Assembly: GCA_043228905.1 (NCBI GenBank) | Contig: JBHGNT010000022.1 | Span: 744,001 to 808,000, forward strand | Direction: 5' to 3' | DNA: 64,000 nt | Source of the DNA: Azolla caroliniana | Taxonomy: Eukaryota; Plantae; Polypodiophyta | In this document: in pieces, positions 13,203-24,904 of the stretch | Position numbering within the stretch: the first letter of the stretch is position 1 | Layout: the number at the start of each line of letters is the position of its first letter | Made by a program: the position numbers and the translations under genes | The notes under the pieces: generated by a model | Seen by the model: only the letters and a program-made list of their open reading frames with translations | Told to the model about the DNA's origin: nothing | Databases searched by the model: none

Positions 13203-16200
13203 TTTATATTATATATTTGTATGTGTAAGAGAAGAGGATACAATTATATACCAAATATCATAAATTGTATTAAGGAAGATGGGGAAATATTACAAGGGAG
13301 CTAATTACTAATCAACACATAATAAATGTTATAGGCAAGGGGGATCCTGGTTTATATAACTCTGCCTTCTCACTACTTATCATGTTGAGAGAGAGTGGCA
13401 TATGCGATTCTATTCAGATTGGTTTTCGACTTACCTTCTGCTCCTCGTTTGGCTTTCTTCTGTGTGGTTGCTTGTCGTAGTCCCATCTTTGTCCTCAGTG
13501 CTCCGAAGCATTGATCTGGGAGTGGCTTCATCAAGCAATCGACGATATTCACCTCGGTGTCAATCTTTCAGACTTCGGGCTTCTTTTCGATTACTAGCTC
13601 CCAAATGTGATGATACCGCACCTCAATATGTTTCGTCTTGGCATGATAGACACGGTTGTTGATGAGGTGTATTGCACTCTATGAGTTGCAATAGATGGTC
13701 AACACTTGTTGGTAGATTTGGCTAGTAGCCAAAAAATCAGCAATCAATCGGTGCAGCCAGATACCTTCTTTCGTTGCCTCTAATGTTGTTATGTACTCGG
13801 CCTCAATGGTAGACAGGGCCATGCACTCTTGAAGTTTTGAACTCCGTGATATGGCGCCGCCACCATAGGGGAAGATATAGTCTGATGTCAACTTTCGATT
13901 GTTCGGGTTCCCGGCATAGTCAAAGTCGGTGTTGCCTTCGACTTCGGTCGAGATTGCTAATCCAAAAGTCAGTTGTGCATCTTCGGTCCCTCTCAAGTAC
14001 TTGAAGATGTGTTTGACGGCCCCCCAATGCTTCCGTCCTGGGTTCGACATGTACAGGCTGACGACCCCTACGGCATATGCAAGATCGGGTCGGGTTGCCA
14101 CTATCGCATACATGATACTTCCTACGGCCAATGCGTAGGGTATCTTTCCATTGCGCTTTCTCTCCTTATGCGTCGAAGGAGATTCTCTGTCCGATAGTTG
14201 GATCGACATCGGAAGCGGTGTTGGTGTTGGCTTCACATTTTCCATATTGAAGTGCCTTAGCACCTTTTAGATGTAGTCGGATTGGGAGAGTCGAAGAGCC
14301 TTTGTCATTCGATTTCATACGATCCTCATGCCCAACATGTGTCGGGCTTGTCCGAGTTCCTTCATTGCGATTTTTTTGTGAAGGCTCTGCTTTAGCTTTC
14401 CAATTTCGTCTTGATCGTTCCCTGTAATCAGTATGTCATCGATGTATAGGATCAGGTAGATCCGGGACTCATCGGCTAGTTGCTGAGTATATAAACATGG
14501 GTCGGAGTCGGACCGGCTGTAGCCAAGTTGTCGGATGTAGGAGTCGAACTTTTGGTACCACATCCTTGGCACTTGTTTTAAGCCGTATAGGTTTTCTTCA
14601 ATCGACGGACAAGGTGACTTTCCTCCCCCGTCGTTGAGAAACCTACCGATTGGGACATGTAAATTTCCTCTTCCAAGTCTCCGTGTAGGAATGCCGTTTT
14701 TACGTCCATCTGCTCGAGATCTAGGTCTTCTATTTCCATGACCCTACTAGGAGCCGAAGGATGTTCATCTTGACTACTGGTAAGAATATCTCATCATAGT
14801 CGACCCCATGTTCTTGCTTGAATCCCTTCGCGACAAGCCGAACTTTGTATTTGGGCTTCTTCGAATCAAATACATATTTGTATTGGAAGACCCATTTTCA
14901 GGGTAGCGGCTTTCTTCCACCTGGTAATTAGACCAGCTCCGATGTATTGTTCTCATAGATCGAGTCCATCTCGGATCTCATGGCGTGTAGCCATGTATCG
15001 ACATCCGCTGCAGCTATAGCTTCTTCATATGTGCTTGGTTTGCCTGCATCCATGTACTTGACGTAGTCAATGCCTGGTTTATAAAACTCTGTAGGCCTTC
15101 TTACTCGTTCGAATCTCCTAGGTACCGAATTTGTCGGTTTGATTTCTTTAGTCAGCTCGATCGACCGATCAATATTGCTTGAATTGCGTTCAGGAGTCTT
15201 GTTGGATGACACGACCCTGTTATAGGATTTCGGCGATGTCGAGTCATCCCCCCTTTCTTCGGGATCGATTGACATGGCAGCTTTTGTCTTGGACATATTG
15301 TTTTTGCTAGCTCTTGTCAATCTCGTAGTAGACCCATTTTTTACTAGTGGAATTCAGAGTCGGTAGGTGTTTTATCGGCTTGATCGATTTCGACTGTTTG
15401 TTGAATCTCTAATTCGGCCCGTTGGGTTGGTCTTTCCTGCCCATTGCCAAGTCGAACTTTGCCGCTGGCATCAACCGAATAGTTTGAAAACCATTCGATG
15501 TTTGGGGTCACGTGGAATGTGGCACCAGAATCCAGCAACCACGTATGTGCGGCTTGTGCACTGTACGGGACTTCTCTGATCATCGAGTCCTCTAAGGAGA
15601 GGATTTCTCCCGATCGTGTGTCAACAACATTGACTTGGTTGTCGACTGGAGAGTGCTTTGAGTTGGATTGTCCTCGATTCCACCCGTATCACTGACCACT
15701 CTCTTTCCTCTTGATCGACCAGCAGTCAGAAACATTATGACCGGCTTTTCTGCAATGGGTGCCGAATTCGTCTGATCGAGTCCTTCTCGACTTCGACCAT
15801 TGTCGGTCTCCCCTCATTCTCGATCGACTATGATTTCGACCGGTTTTGTCGACTTGTTCTCTTGATCGACCAACTTGGTCGAGTGATGGGCTTTTGCTGA
15901 CTCGTTGATGGTGAGTCCCATCGATTTTCACTGAATATCCTCAATGAGGATTTGGCTGATTGTTTCGTCCAAGTTCAGCCTACGGTTGTTGTTGGCGAAG
16001 GTCGTGCAGAATACCTCCCAACTCGCTGACAAGCTCGATAGGAGGGCAAGGGCTTTCACTTCTTCTTCAAAGTTAATCCTTTGGGAGTAGAGTTCAGACA
16101 ACACCCGACTGAAGGTGTTGATGTCGGAGGTGGTTGGATTGGTTTCTCTCATCTTCATGTTAAACAGTTGTCTGATCAGTATCAATTTCGAAGATGAGGA

Positions 16201-16546
16201 CTTCTTTCCGTACACAACCTGCAACTTCTCCCATAACAAGAATGTTATCGTCTCCTTGGCCATGCTGAAGTAGATGTTTTCAGCCAAATGCATTCGGATG
16301 GTGGAGCATGCGATTTCATCTATGGATCTTGTTGAGCGAGCAAGCTCAACTGGATCCGGATCGGCTAAATAAGCCTGAGCCGGATTGGCATCCGGAAAGA
16401 TTACTCGAATCGGTATCCGGATGGTATCCAGAAACAACCGGCCGGATTGGGGAGCCGGATCGGAGAGCCGGATTCAAGCGGGAACCAGATTCCTAGTAGT
16501 AGCCTAGACTACTAGGTAATCATTGTCTCATAGTTAGTGTCAGTCG

Positions 16547-16820
16547 TGTCGTGAAATATGCGGAATAATCTCCGGCCACAACCAAAGAGTAGATCACTTG
16601 ATGACAATCGAACACAGAAGAAATGGGGATGGAGGTAAGTATAGAAACAAAGAGAGGATGCATAGGATGTTAACGTGGAAAACCCTGAGAGGGAAAAATC
16701 ACAGGAGTCCACCGACTCCAAACTATCACTATGCCCAAGAGTACAACAAGGAGCACAGAGGCAACAACCTCTTCCTAACAATCTTCGCCTGGGGCGGTTA
16801 CAACAGAGACATGCTCTATA

Positions 16821-16855
<35 letters not shown>

Positions 16856-17197
16856 GCAGTCGTTACACCATTAACGCTATACAAAGGTAATAACAGCAAC
16901 TATAATAACATACACGTTGTTTGCCCTAGGTCACATTTATACTAATATGACATTAGGACTATTTACAGATATAGCCCCAATGGGCTCTCAGAAACATATC
17001 TACATATATGTCCCTTCATCCGGTGAGAGGTTCTCACCGGGCCTGCAACATCCGGTTCTCATCGGGTCTTCCTTGCCAGGTACTCGTCATCCGGTTCTCA
17101 CCAGGTCTTCCGATGCTAGGTACTCATCATCCGGTTCTCATCGGGTCTTCCGATGCCGGGCCTTCGTATCCCATCCGAAGGGACCGAAATCCTAACA
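16547..17197 (-). mobile_element. Solo LTR inserted in the 5' LTR of copy B
   Basis: TG..CA with TSD AGTCG; the empty site (GTCAGTCGCACG) is preserved in copy B's 3' LTR; inverted homolog of 31610-32222. Confidence 0.92.
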
Positions 17198-20100
17198 AGT
17201 CGCACGTGTGAGCATTGAAGTACCTGTCAGTACTTCTGTTAGTCCTTTATGGACTTGTATAAATAGTGTTGTTTAGCATGTTGTATGTACAGAGTTTTAG
17301 AGTTAATTTTTTAATAGATTTTATGTTCTGCTCTCTCTGTCTCTCCCGTATATACTCTCTGTGTTTTAAGCTTTTCCATTAAACCTTCATCTCATTTTCT
17401 ATTGCTATTCGACTGAGCCGGTTCTGTCTGACGCTTCCGCACATTAACATTCACATGGTATCAGAGCGCGAGGGTTGAGAACCTCTGCAATCGACCCCTA
17501 GAACCTGGTAACAAGAAGTAGAGAGAATATATGGACAAAGGAATGGCGAGTTCACTTCCAACAAAGAAGCTCAACCGGAGCAACTATGTGTCCTGATCAT
17601 ATAAAATGCACCAGTACCTGCTGGGGCATGGATATTGGAGCTTTATGGAATGAACAAATGAAGTAGCACCAGAGCCGTCACACGAAGACTTCCCGGTATG
17701 GGAGTAATGAGCGAGTCGGGTACTGTATTGTCTCGCGTCCGGTGTGCATGATCAAATGCTCGGCTACATCAAGGATGCAAAGATGCCGAAGGAGGCCTGG
17801 GAAAATCTACGGAAGATTTTCGCCACAAGTACCACAACTCGTAAGTTGCAGCTTCGGCAAGAGCTGAACAACATCCGGCAAATAGACATGTCAGTTACGG
17901 ACTACACCACCAAGATAAAGGAGACTTGCAACGCACTCGAGTTCATCAACGTGACGGTGGACGAAGACGAGATGGTGCAAAGGTACGGGCCAATCCGGAC
18001 AGCGATCTGCACCCGTGAGAAACCATCGTCCTTCTTCGACTTGCAATCGATGTTGATGGTCAAAGAAAACCACGCGAGTGGGTCAAGGACCACTCAATCG
18101 AACGAGCGGATGTTGTACAGGGAGATAGATCGGCCCCATGGACGTGGTGGACGTGGTGGACGAGGTGGGTCAGCACACAATGGAGGCGGCTGACAAGAGC
18201 AGGACCGAAGGCACAAAGGTTGTGCCGACAGCAGTTCCAGACCCTCCACAAGCAGGGGGAGTCAAAGTGGCGCCGAGAACCGGCAAGGAAAGGCCGACAC
18301 GGAATGCTGGTGGAAGAAGTGTGCCGATTCAGACAAATCCGGATCCAGCAAAACCGGTCGGGAGAACCGGCAAAGCTCGCACTACGCGGAAGGATTGGAA
18401 GGATCCAAAATCGGGAAAACCGGTAAAGGGCCAGCCTTCGTGATGAAGCACAAGGCCAACTCGAACAAGAAGACTACTTTTGGATCGGAGGAAGTATGGT
18501 ACGTTGATTCCGGAGCGTCCAACCACATGACGAGCCATGAAGAGTGGTTCTCTTTTTTGGAGAAACCGGAACAACTGGAGATTGTCGAAACCGGAGATGA
18601 CACCCCTCACCCGATTGTGCATGTCAAAGAAGTCCCTTAAAGCCATGTCGGACAAAAGGGGAAGTTGATGAACGTACTGCACGTTCCGACTATCACAAAG
18701 AACCTGGTGTTAGTTGGACAAATCGTCGACCAGGGGACGCAGGTGCGGTTTACGCACCTAGGGTGCTTCATCGAGGAAGAGAATCGGATAATTGCGCAAG
18801 GGCGCAGAGACGAGAGGATGTTCATCCTCAACACTAATGATGTCGGCACCGCTATGTTTGCGAAAGGGCAGAAGGTCGAATCAGACATCGACCTGTGGCA
18901 CAAGCGGATCGGCCACGTCAATTATCGAAGGCTTCGAGACCTGTAATCGAAACAAGCCGTTTTCGGTTTGCCAAAATTTAGTGGTCGAAAGGTCAAAATT
19001 TGTGAAGCCTGCCACCTCGAGAAGCAACACTAGCTTCCATTCCCCATCGATCGAAACTGGAGCCATAACAAGCTCGATTTAATCCATTCAGATGTATGGG
19101 GATCGGCACAAAACGTTAGTCTTGGCGGGAGTCGGTATTTCGTCTCCTTCATTGACGACTATAGCTAGCACACGTGGATCTCCCTCATCGAGAGGAAGAG
19201 CGAAGTCGTCGAGTGTTTCCGGAACCTTCAAAACTTTGTTGAACGGGAAATGGAGAGGAAGATCAAGTGTCTGCGATCAGATGGCAGGAAAGAATCCTTT
19301 TCTGGCCAATTCAACAGTTATCTGCAGCAGAATGGAAATCGGAGAGAATTCAGTTGTAGGTACACACCGGAGCAAAACAGTGTGGCTGAAAGGAAGAACC
19401 GGTCGATTGTCGACGCAGCAAGGGCAATGTTAGAGGAGAAGAGCATGCCCCATTTCTACTAGGCCGAGGCGGTCCGGACGACCGTCTACATCCAAAACCG
19501 GATCGGTGACAAGGTGTCAACACATGAGCTGTATTTCGGGCGAAAGCCGAATTTGAGACACCTTCGGATATTCGGTAGCATAGCATATGTGCATGTACCG
19601 GATGAGAAGTAGAGGAAGCTGGATTCGAAGTCGGAGAAGTGCATTCTAGTTGGTTACTCACATGAGCAAAAGGGGTATAAGTGTTATAACCCCAAGACTA
19701 AGCAGGTCCAAGTAAGCTGAGATGTCGAGTTTGATGAGACGGCATCATGGTACTCCTTACCGACTCCAACTCCCGACGAAGACCCGATTCTGAAAGATGA
19801 GGCTAGTGAACCCGAGCAGGTCCAGGTAGAAGATGAAGACTTCGGCACTCTAGAAGAGAGTCTGATCTCATTCCGGCTAAGTGGACCGAATGAGCGGCTG
19901 AGTCGGGATGACCAATCGGATGAGGAACCGACGAGTAGTGGAGACTCTGTCGTGCTCTCCCTATGCAAGGAACCAAGGAGACGGTTCACACGCAAAGAGA
20001 AGGGGAAGAAGAAGATGTCGGAAGATGAAACCGGCAACGTTGAGTTGGATTGGAACGAATCTGACTCCAGAAAGGATGAAGGCGGATCTTCGGGAACGAA

Positions 20101-21421
20101 GTCCAACCTGGCCAAGAATGGCCCCAAACTGGGTGATACCAAGTTATGCCGGTCTTCCCGCCTGAAGAACCCCGTTACGTGGTACGGGTACAATGACTAC
20201 ATGGCGCATCATTACGCGGTCATGACTAAGGTGGCGGAAGTGCGTGAGCCGGAGAGCTACGCAGAAGCGGCAAAGGATACAAATTGGCGTGCCACTATGG
20301 AGGAAGAAATGCAGGCACTAGATGCCAACGACACATGGGACATCGTTGACCCTCCCCGACACTGTAAACCGATTGGGTGCAAATGGGTGTACAAGGTAAA
20401 GTACAATGTCGACGGTTCGGTTAACTGGTACAAGGCCCGGTTAGTGGCGAAGGGATACACACAGACCCAGGGAATCGACTACGACGAGACCTTCGCCCCG
20501 GTAGCGAAGATGACGACGGTTCGTGTGGTACTGGCGGTTGTTGCGGCAAGGGGGTGGCATCTTCACCAGATGGACGTTGTCGAGATATTATGCAAGTGCG
20601 TGCGGAATCGAGGCGGGACCGCGGGGGTCTCGAACCAAAGAGCAAGCGAGGGAGGAGAAAGAGAGAGAACCTGCTACGCAGGACCGGGGATACACAGGGA
20701 CACGGCCCTTCAGCACGGAGAACGCGAACAGACACCGACACAGACAGATGCTAATGACTAAATATGTATATTAACAAATGGCTAACACGACTACAACCCT
20801 CGATGGGGCACAGGTTGGTTACAACCGAACAGGCCGGCGAACAGATGCCGATGCCTGTTCACTTCGACGCTCAAAGGGGGGGGGGCTGCCGGAAGCACTC
20901 GGGCGTTCCTCGAAACAGCGCGAGCCTCCTCGGAACCCTGCACACAAAACTATGGAGCTCGAGAAGGAAGGAAAACAGAGAGAGAAGCGTCCAGAAACGG
21001 TCCGACAGCACTTCGTCCTCTCCGCGCGAGATGCCTGCAACAGCTCTTTCCTCCTCTTTTTATAGCCCGACGAGCAGGCCGTCATGTCAGCTTTATTCCC
21101 TGTCCCTTTTGGACAGGGATCCGCTCCGTTTTTCACGCATCCGCGTAGTTACGCCGCCGACTCGTACAGTTCGCGCGCGCGACCGAAAAGACTGTTCGCG
21201 CGGTCTTTGTCTCCACTTGAGTTAGGGCCCGTTCCTGCCGATTATCCTCCCAATTAACTTCTATGTACAACTTGGAGCGTGCGCGCGTGAAGAACCGGTT
21301 CCCACGCCTTGGTGCGCCGATTCCGCCTATGGACGGTTTTCTTCACGACATCCGCCCCCACCTAACCGCGCATCCTCCGGTATGTGCCAAGAGAGTTGGG
21401 ACGGAGAAAACCGGCCCGTCT

Positions 21422-24400
21422 TCATTCCTCGCCCGTCGGTTCTTCCTCGTTTTTGGATCGTTCGTCACTGCCGACCAGGAGAGCCGGGTCTGGCTCATCG
21501 TCGTGTCGCTTCTTGAACGCTTTGATCCGCTTCCCTGCAACCGGTATCGCCATTCTCGTGCCGTCGAGTTCCGCCAGGTGATATGTCCCGTTGTCATTGG
21601 CGCTCCGTACCACGTAGGGCCCAAACCACCTTCGTGCGAACTTCCGTGTGGCTCGGTGCTGGTTGTCGAGGCTGCTGTCGTAGACGAGCACCCAGTCACC
21701 TTCTTCGATTTTCTTCGGTCGGAGCCGGTGCGTTCGGTCGAACCTGGCTTTGTTCCTTTTCCTCGCCACCCGGAGCTTCTCCGCAGCCAGTTCCACGTCC
21801 TCCGGTCTCCGCTCGAGCTGTCGTATGCGCGCGGCCAACAACTCCTCCCGGCTCATCTCGTCCCTCCAGTCGACCGTTGCCCACGAGGAGATCGTCCGTT
21901 CCATCGGCATGATCGGCTTCTGGCCGAACATGAGCTCCGTCGGCATGTACCCGGTTACCGAACTGTGCGTGGTCCGGTCCGCCCACAAAGCATAAGGTAG
22001 CAGCCGCGGCCAGTTAGCGACTCGGCCTCTGCATGCCCGAACCAACGCCTTGACGATCGGTCCGTGTCCGCGCTCCACCTTCCCATTCGCCTCCGGATTG
22101 TACGCAGTGGTGAGCGAGAGCTTGACTCCCAGCCGGTCGAACAGCTCCGCGGCTTCTTCGGCGTCCAACTCCCCTCGGTCAGCCACGATCTTCCCGACGC
22201 ACCCGTACCGGCATATCACGTCCTCGATTAGGAACCGGCATACGGCCGCGGTTGTTTTGTTCGAAAGGGCCCGGCCTTCCACCTGGTTCGTCAGATCCTC
22301 CCGCGCTAGGACCAGGTACCGCATCTGTCCTACCCCCATTGGCATCGTCACCAGATCTACCATCCATTTGAAGTGGATGGTCGGAGGGTACGTGGGGTGA
22401 AGCTCGTCCCGATGTCGGACTATGGAGTGCATCTGACAGCTCTCGCAAGTTGTCACGAACCGATGCACGTCCTGGTACTGCCCCGGCCACCAATACTTCC
22501 CCTTCAGTTTCTCAAACGTAGCCCATGTTCCACGGTGTCCAGCCCAAGGGCTGTCGTGGTAGGCCGTCAGCAGCTCCTCCTGTTCTTCCTTCATTGCCAC
22601 CACCCGGAGCGGAGCGCCGTCCCTCTTCTTCGGGTGCTTCCATAGATAGCCATCCCGGAGGAAGAACCGGTACGCTTTCTTCCGGATCCGGTTGGCCTCG
22701 TCCTTCGTCCATGACGCATCGGGCGTCATCGTCTTCAAAAACCCACCGATCTGCAGCCACTCCCCGTCGTACTTGCTCGCGTCGAAGTCGCTAAGCGCCG
22801 GAGTGCTTGTTCCGTCGGTTGTTACATACGCAGTCTCGAAGAAGTCCACGCCGACCTCTTCGTCCTCCGAAACCATGCCGCCCTCGTTATCGAATCTCGC
22901 CCTTGAAAGCATGTCGGCCATGGCGTTGTCTTTCCCGGAAATGTGTCGTATTACCGGGTCTAGGGACTTGATATACGCTATCCACCTGAGCATTGCCAGG
23001 TCCGGCGTCGCGCATCCGGAAACCATGCCGAGAATCGGCATGCAATCCGTCTCTATGATTACCTCCGTCCCGATCAGATAGTCCTTGTCGGCCTTCACCG
23101 CCGAAACGATACCCCAGAGTTCGCGTTTAACCTGGGCGTATCCTCGCTGCCGTTCGCTGAGGACCTTCGCGCCGAATCGGATCGGAAACCGATTGCCGTC
23201 CTCGTCTTCTTGGTTGACGACCCACCCGATTCCGGTCGGACTCGTGTCAACCGTTATGTACACTGGGGTGCCCTTCCTGTAGACGGCCTTTCGGAGCGCC
23301 GGTGCTGCCGAAAGAGCCTCCTTCAGCTTCCGGACCGACTCCGTGTGCTTGTCTAGCCATTCGAATCTTCGCCCTTTCCTCAATAATCCGTATAGCGGCT
23401 CCGCAACGTGGGCGTAATGCGGAATCCATATGTGGTAGAATGCGCATGCCCCCAGGAATCTTCGTACTTCCGTGACCGAGCTGCAGTCGGGCTTCATCGC
23501 GGAGATGGCTTCTACCTTTGCCGGAGACGGTTTCCGGCCATATGGCCCACATAAGTGTCCGACCACCATGATTTCCGACTGCCCGAAGGCTGATTTCTCC
23601 CCCGAGAAGGTGAGCCTCGCATCCTCTAGCCTTTGCAGCACCTTCTCGCAGTCGTCGATGTGCGCCGTCACGAATCGCCGGCATCCGTCCGGCCCGATCG
23701 TCTCGTCCTTCTCTTCTACCGGGCATCCCTTGATCGGGATGTCGTCTAGAAACGGCATGGTGATGTTCGGGATGCAGTCCCTCAGCACCTTGTTCATCGC
23801 ATTCACCATGTGGGCCACCGAGTTGGTCCCTCCTTGCGGCAGCGTACACATCCGCACTAGGCCGAGGGGAGTTCGCATCGTCGTAATGTCTCTGCTCTCC
23901 ACGGCTAGCTGGAACTGGTCATACCCTGAGTATAGATCACCGACCGAGTAAATCGACCTTCCGGCGAAGGCCTCCGCGAACTCGTCTATGGTCGGTCCGA
24001 TCCCCGCGTTCCGAATGGTCACCCTATTGACCGGCTGCAGGTCCTGGATGAAGCGCAATGATCCGTTTTTCTTTGGTACGGTAAACCAGCGGTTTGAATA
24101 CGGGGCGCTCGACGGCTCGAGAATGCCCATATCAACTTTCTGCTTCAACAGCTCCATCAACTTCGGGACGTGAGCTCTCGGAACCGGAATTGGCTTGAGA
24201 TTCCACGGTACATGAGGTACCGTGAATATCACCATCGGCTCTACGATCGTCGGGTCCACGCACCCGATTTCCTCCGGCGAGAATGCGAAGGCTTTCCCGT
24301 GCCTTCCGAGCATTCTCCGGAACCGGTCTTCCTCCGCCGGCAGTAGGAACCCGCCCCCACCGATCTTCAGCTCGCGGAGCGTCTCGTTGGTGAAGGTGTG

Positions 24401-24904
24401 TCCTATGCAGGCCCGATCTCGTAAGCTGGGGTCCGATGCAACCCCTTTGATTCGGGATTCGCTGCCCTCCGGTAAGGGCGCCGCAACTGGCCTCACCTTC
24501 CGGTCCACCGTCTTGTACTTGGTGCTCACTCGGGCCGTCCGTTCCGACTCGAGCCTTCGACCGAAGTCCGCGATGACTTCGTACATTTCTTCGGAACATA
24601 CCGGTATCGTCCGGTCTTCGTTAAAGCCTTCTTCGACCACCTTCCCCAGCATTCCCAAGGTGTCGTCGAAGGAGACCGCCTCCACGGCTCCGTCGATTCC
24701 TTCGTCAGGGCCGAGAACTCCGCACGCCCGAAGTCTCCCCTCCGTCTTTGTTTTCTCTCGGCCGGTGATGCCGACCATCGTGCATGCTCCGCTGTCGGAG
24801 AAGCAAAATTTCCTACCTATTGTACACGGTTTTATCGTACAGATGTGGGGTTTTCCCGGAGCATCCGGACTGTCGCGGCCCCACGCCTTGGCAGTCCTCT
24901 CTAA
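21422..24904 (-). CDS. pol: Pol (RT-RNase H-integrase), probably expressed by -1 frameshift
   Basis: 1118-aa ORF from ATG 24778; the frame stays open upstream through the gag stop. RT (MPFLDD), RNase H (TVDTS), integrase HHCC/DDE and GPY motif; no chromodomain. Confidence 0.92.
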   Translation of the reverse strand, partial: LERTAKAWGRDSPDAPGKPHICTIKPCTIGRKFCFSDSGACTMVGITGREKTKTEGRLRACGVLGPDEGIDGAVEAVSFDDTLGMLGKVVEEGFNEDRTIPVCSEEMYEVIADFGRRLESERTARVSTKYKTVDRKVRPVAAPLPEGSESRIKGVASDPSLRDRACIGHTFTNETLRELKIGGGGFLLPAEEDRFRRMLGRHGKAFAFSPEEIGCVDPTIVEPMVIFTVPHVPWNLKPIPVPRAHVPKLMELLKQKVDMGILEPSSAPYSNRWFTVPKKNGSLRFIQDLQPVNRVTIRNAGIGPTIDEFAEAFAGRSIYSVGDLYSGYDQFQLAVESRDITTMRTPLGLVRMCTLPQGGTNSVAHMVNAMNKVLRDCIPNITMPFLDDIPIKGCPVEEKDETIGPDGCRRFVTAHIDDCEKVLQRLEDARLTFSGEKSAFGQSEIMVVGHLCGPYGRKPSPAKVEAISAMKPDCSSVTEVRRFLGACAFYHIWIPHYAHVAEPLYGLLRKGRRFEWLDKHTESVRKLKEALSAAPALRKAVYRKGTPVYITVDTSPTGIGWVVNQEDEDGNRFPIRFGAKVLSERQRGYAQVKRELWGIVSAVKADKDYLIGTEVIIETDCMPILGMVSGCATPDLAMLRWIAYIKSLDPVIRHISGKDNAMADMLSRARFDNEGGMVSEDEEVGVDFFETAYVTTDGTSTPALSDFDASKYDGEWLQIGGFLKTMTPDASWTKDEANRIRKKAYRFFLRDGYLWKHPKKRDGAPLRVVAMKEEQEELLTAYHDSPWAGHRGTWATFEKLKGKYWWPGQYQDVHRFVTTCESCQMHSIVRHRDELHPTYPPTIHFKWMVDLVTMPMGVGQMRYLVLAREDLTNQVEGRALSNKTTAAVCRFLIEDVICRYGCVGKIVADRGELDAEEAAELFDRLGVKLSLTTAYNPEANGKVERGHGPIVKALVRACRGRVANWPRLLPYALWADRTTHSSVTGYMPTELMFGQKPIMPMERTISSWATVDWRDEMSREELLAARIRQLERRPEDVELAAEKLRVARKRNKARFDRTHRLRPKKIEEGDWVLVYDSSLDNQHRATRKFARRWFGPYVVRSANDNGTYHLAELDGTRMAIPVAGKRIKAFKKRHDDEPDPALLVGSDERSKNEEEPTGEE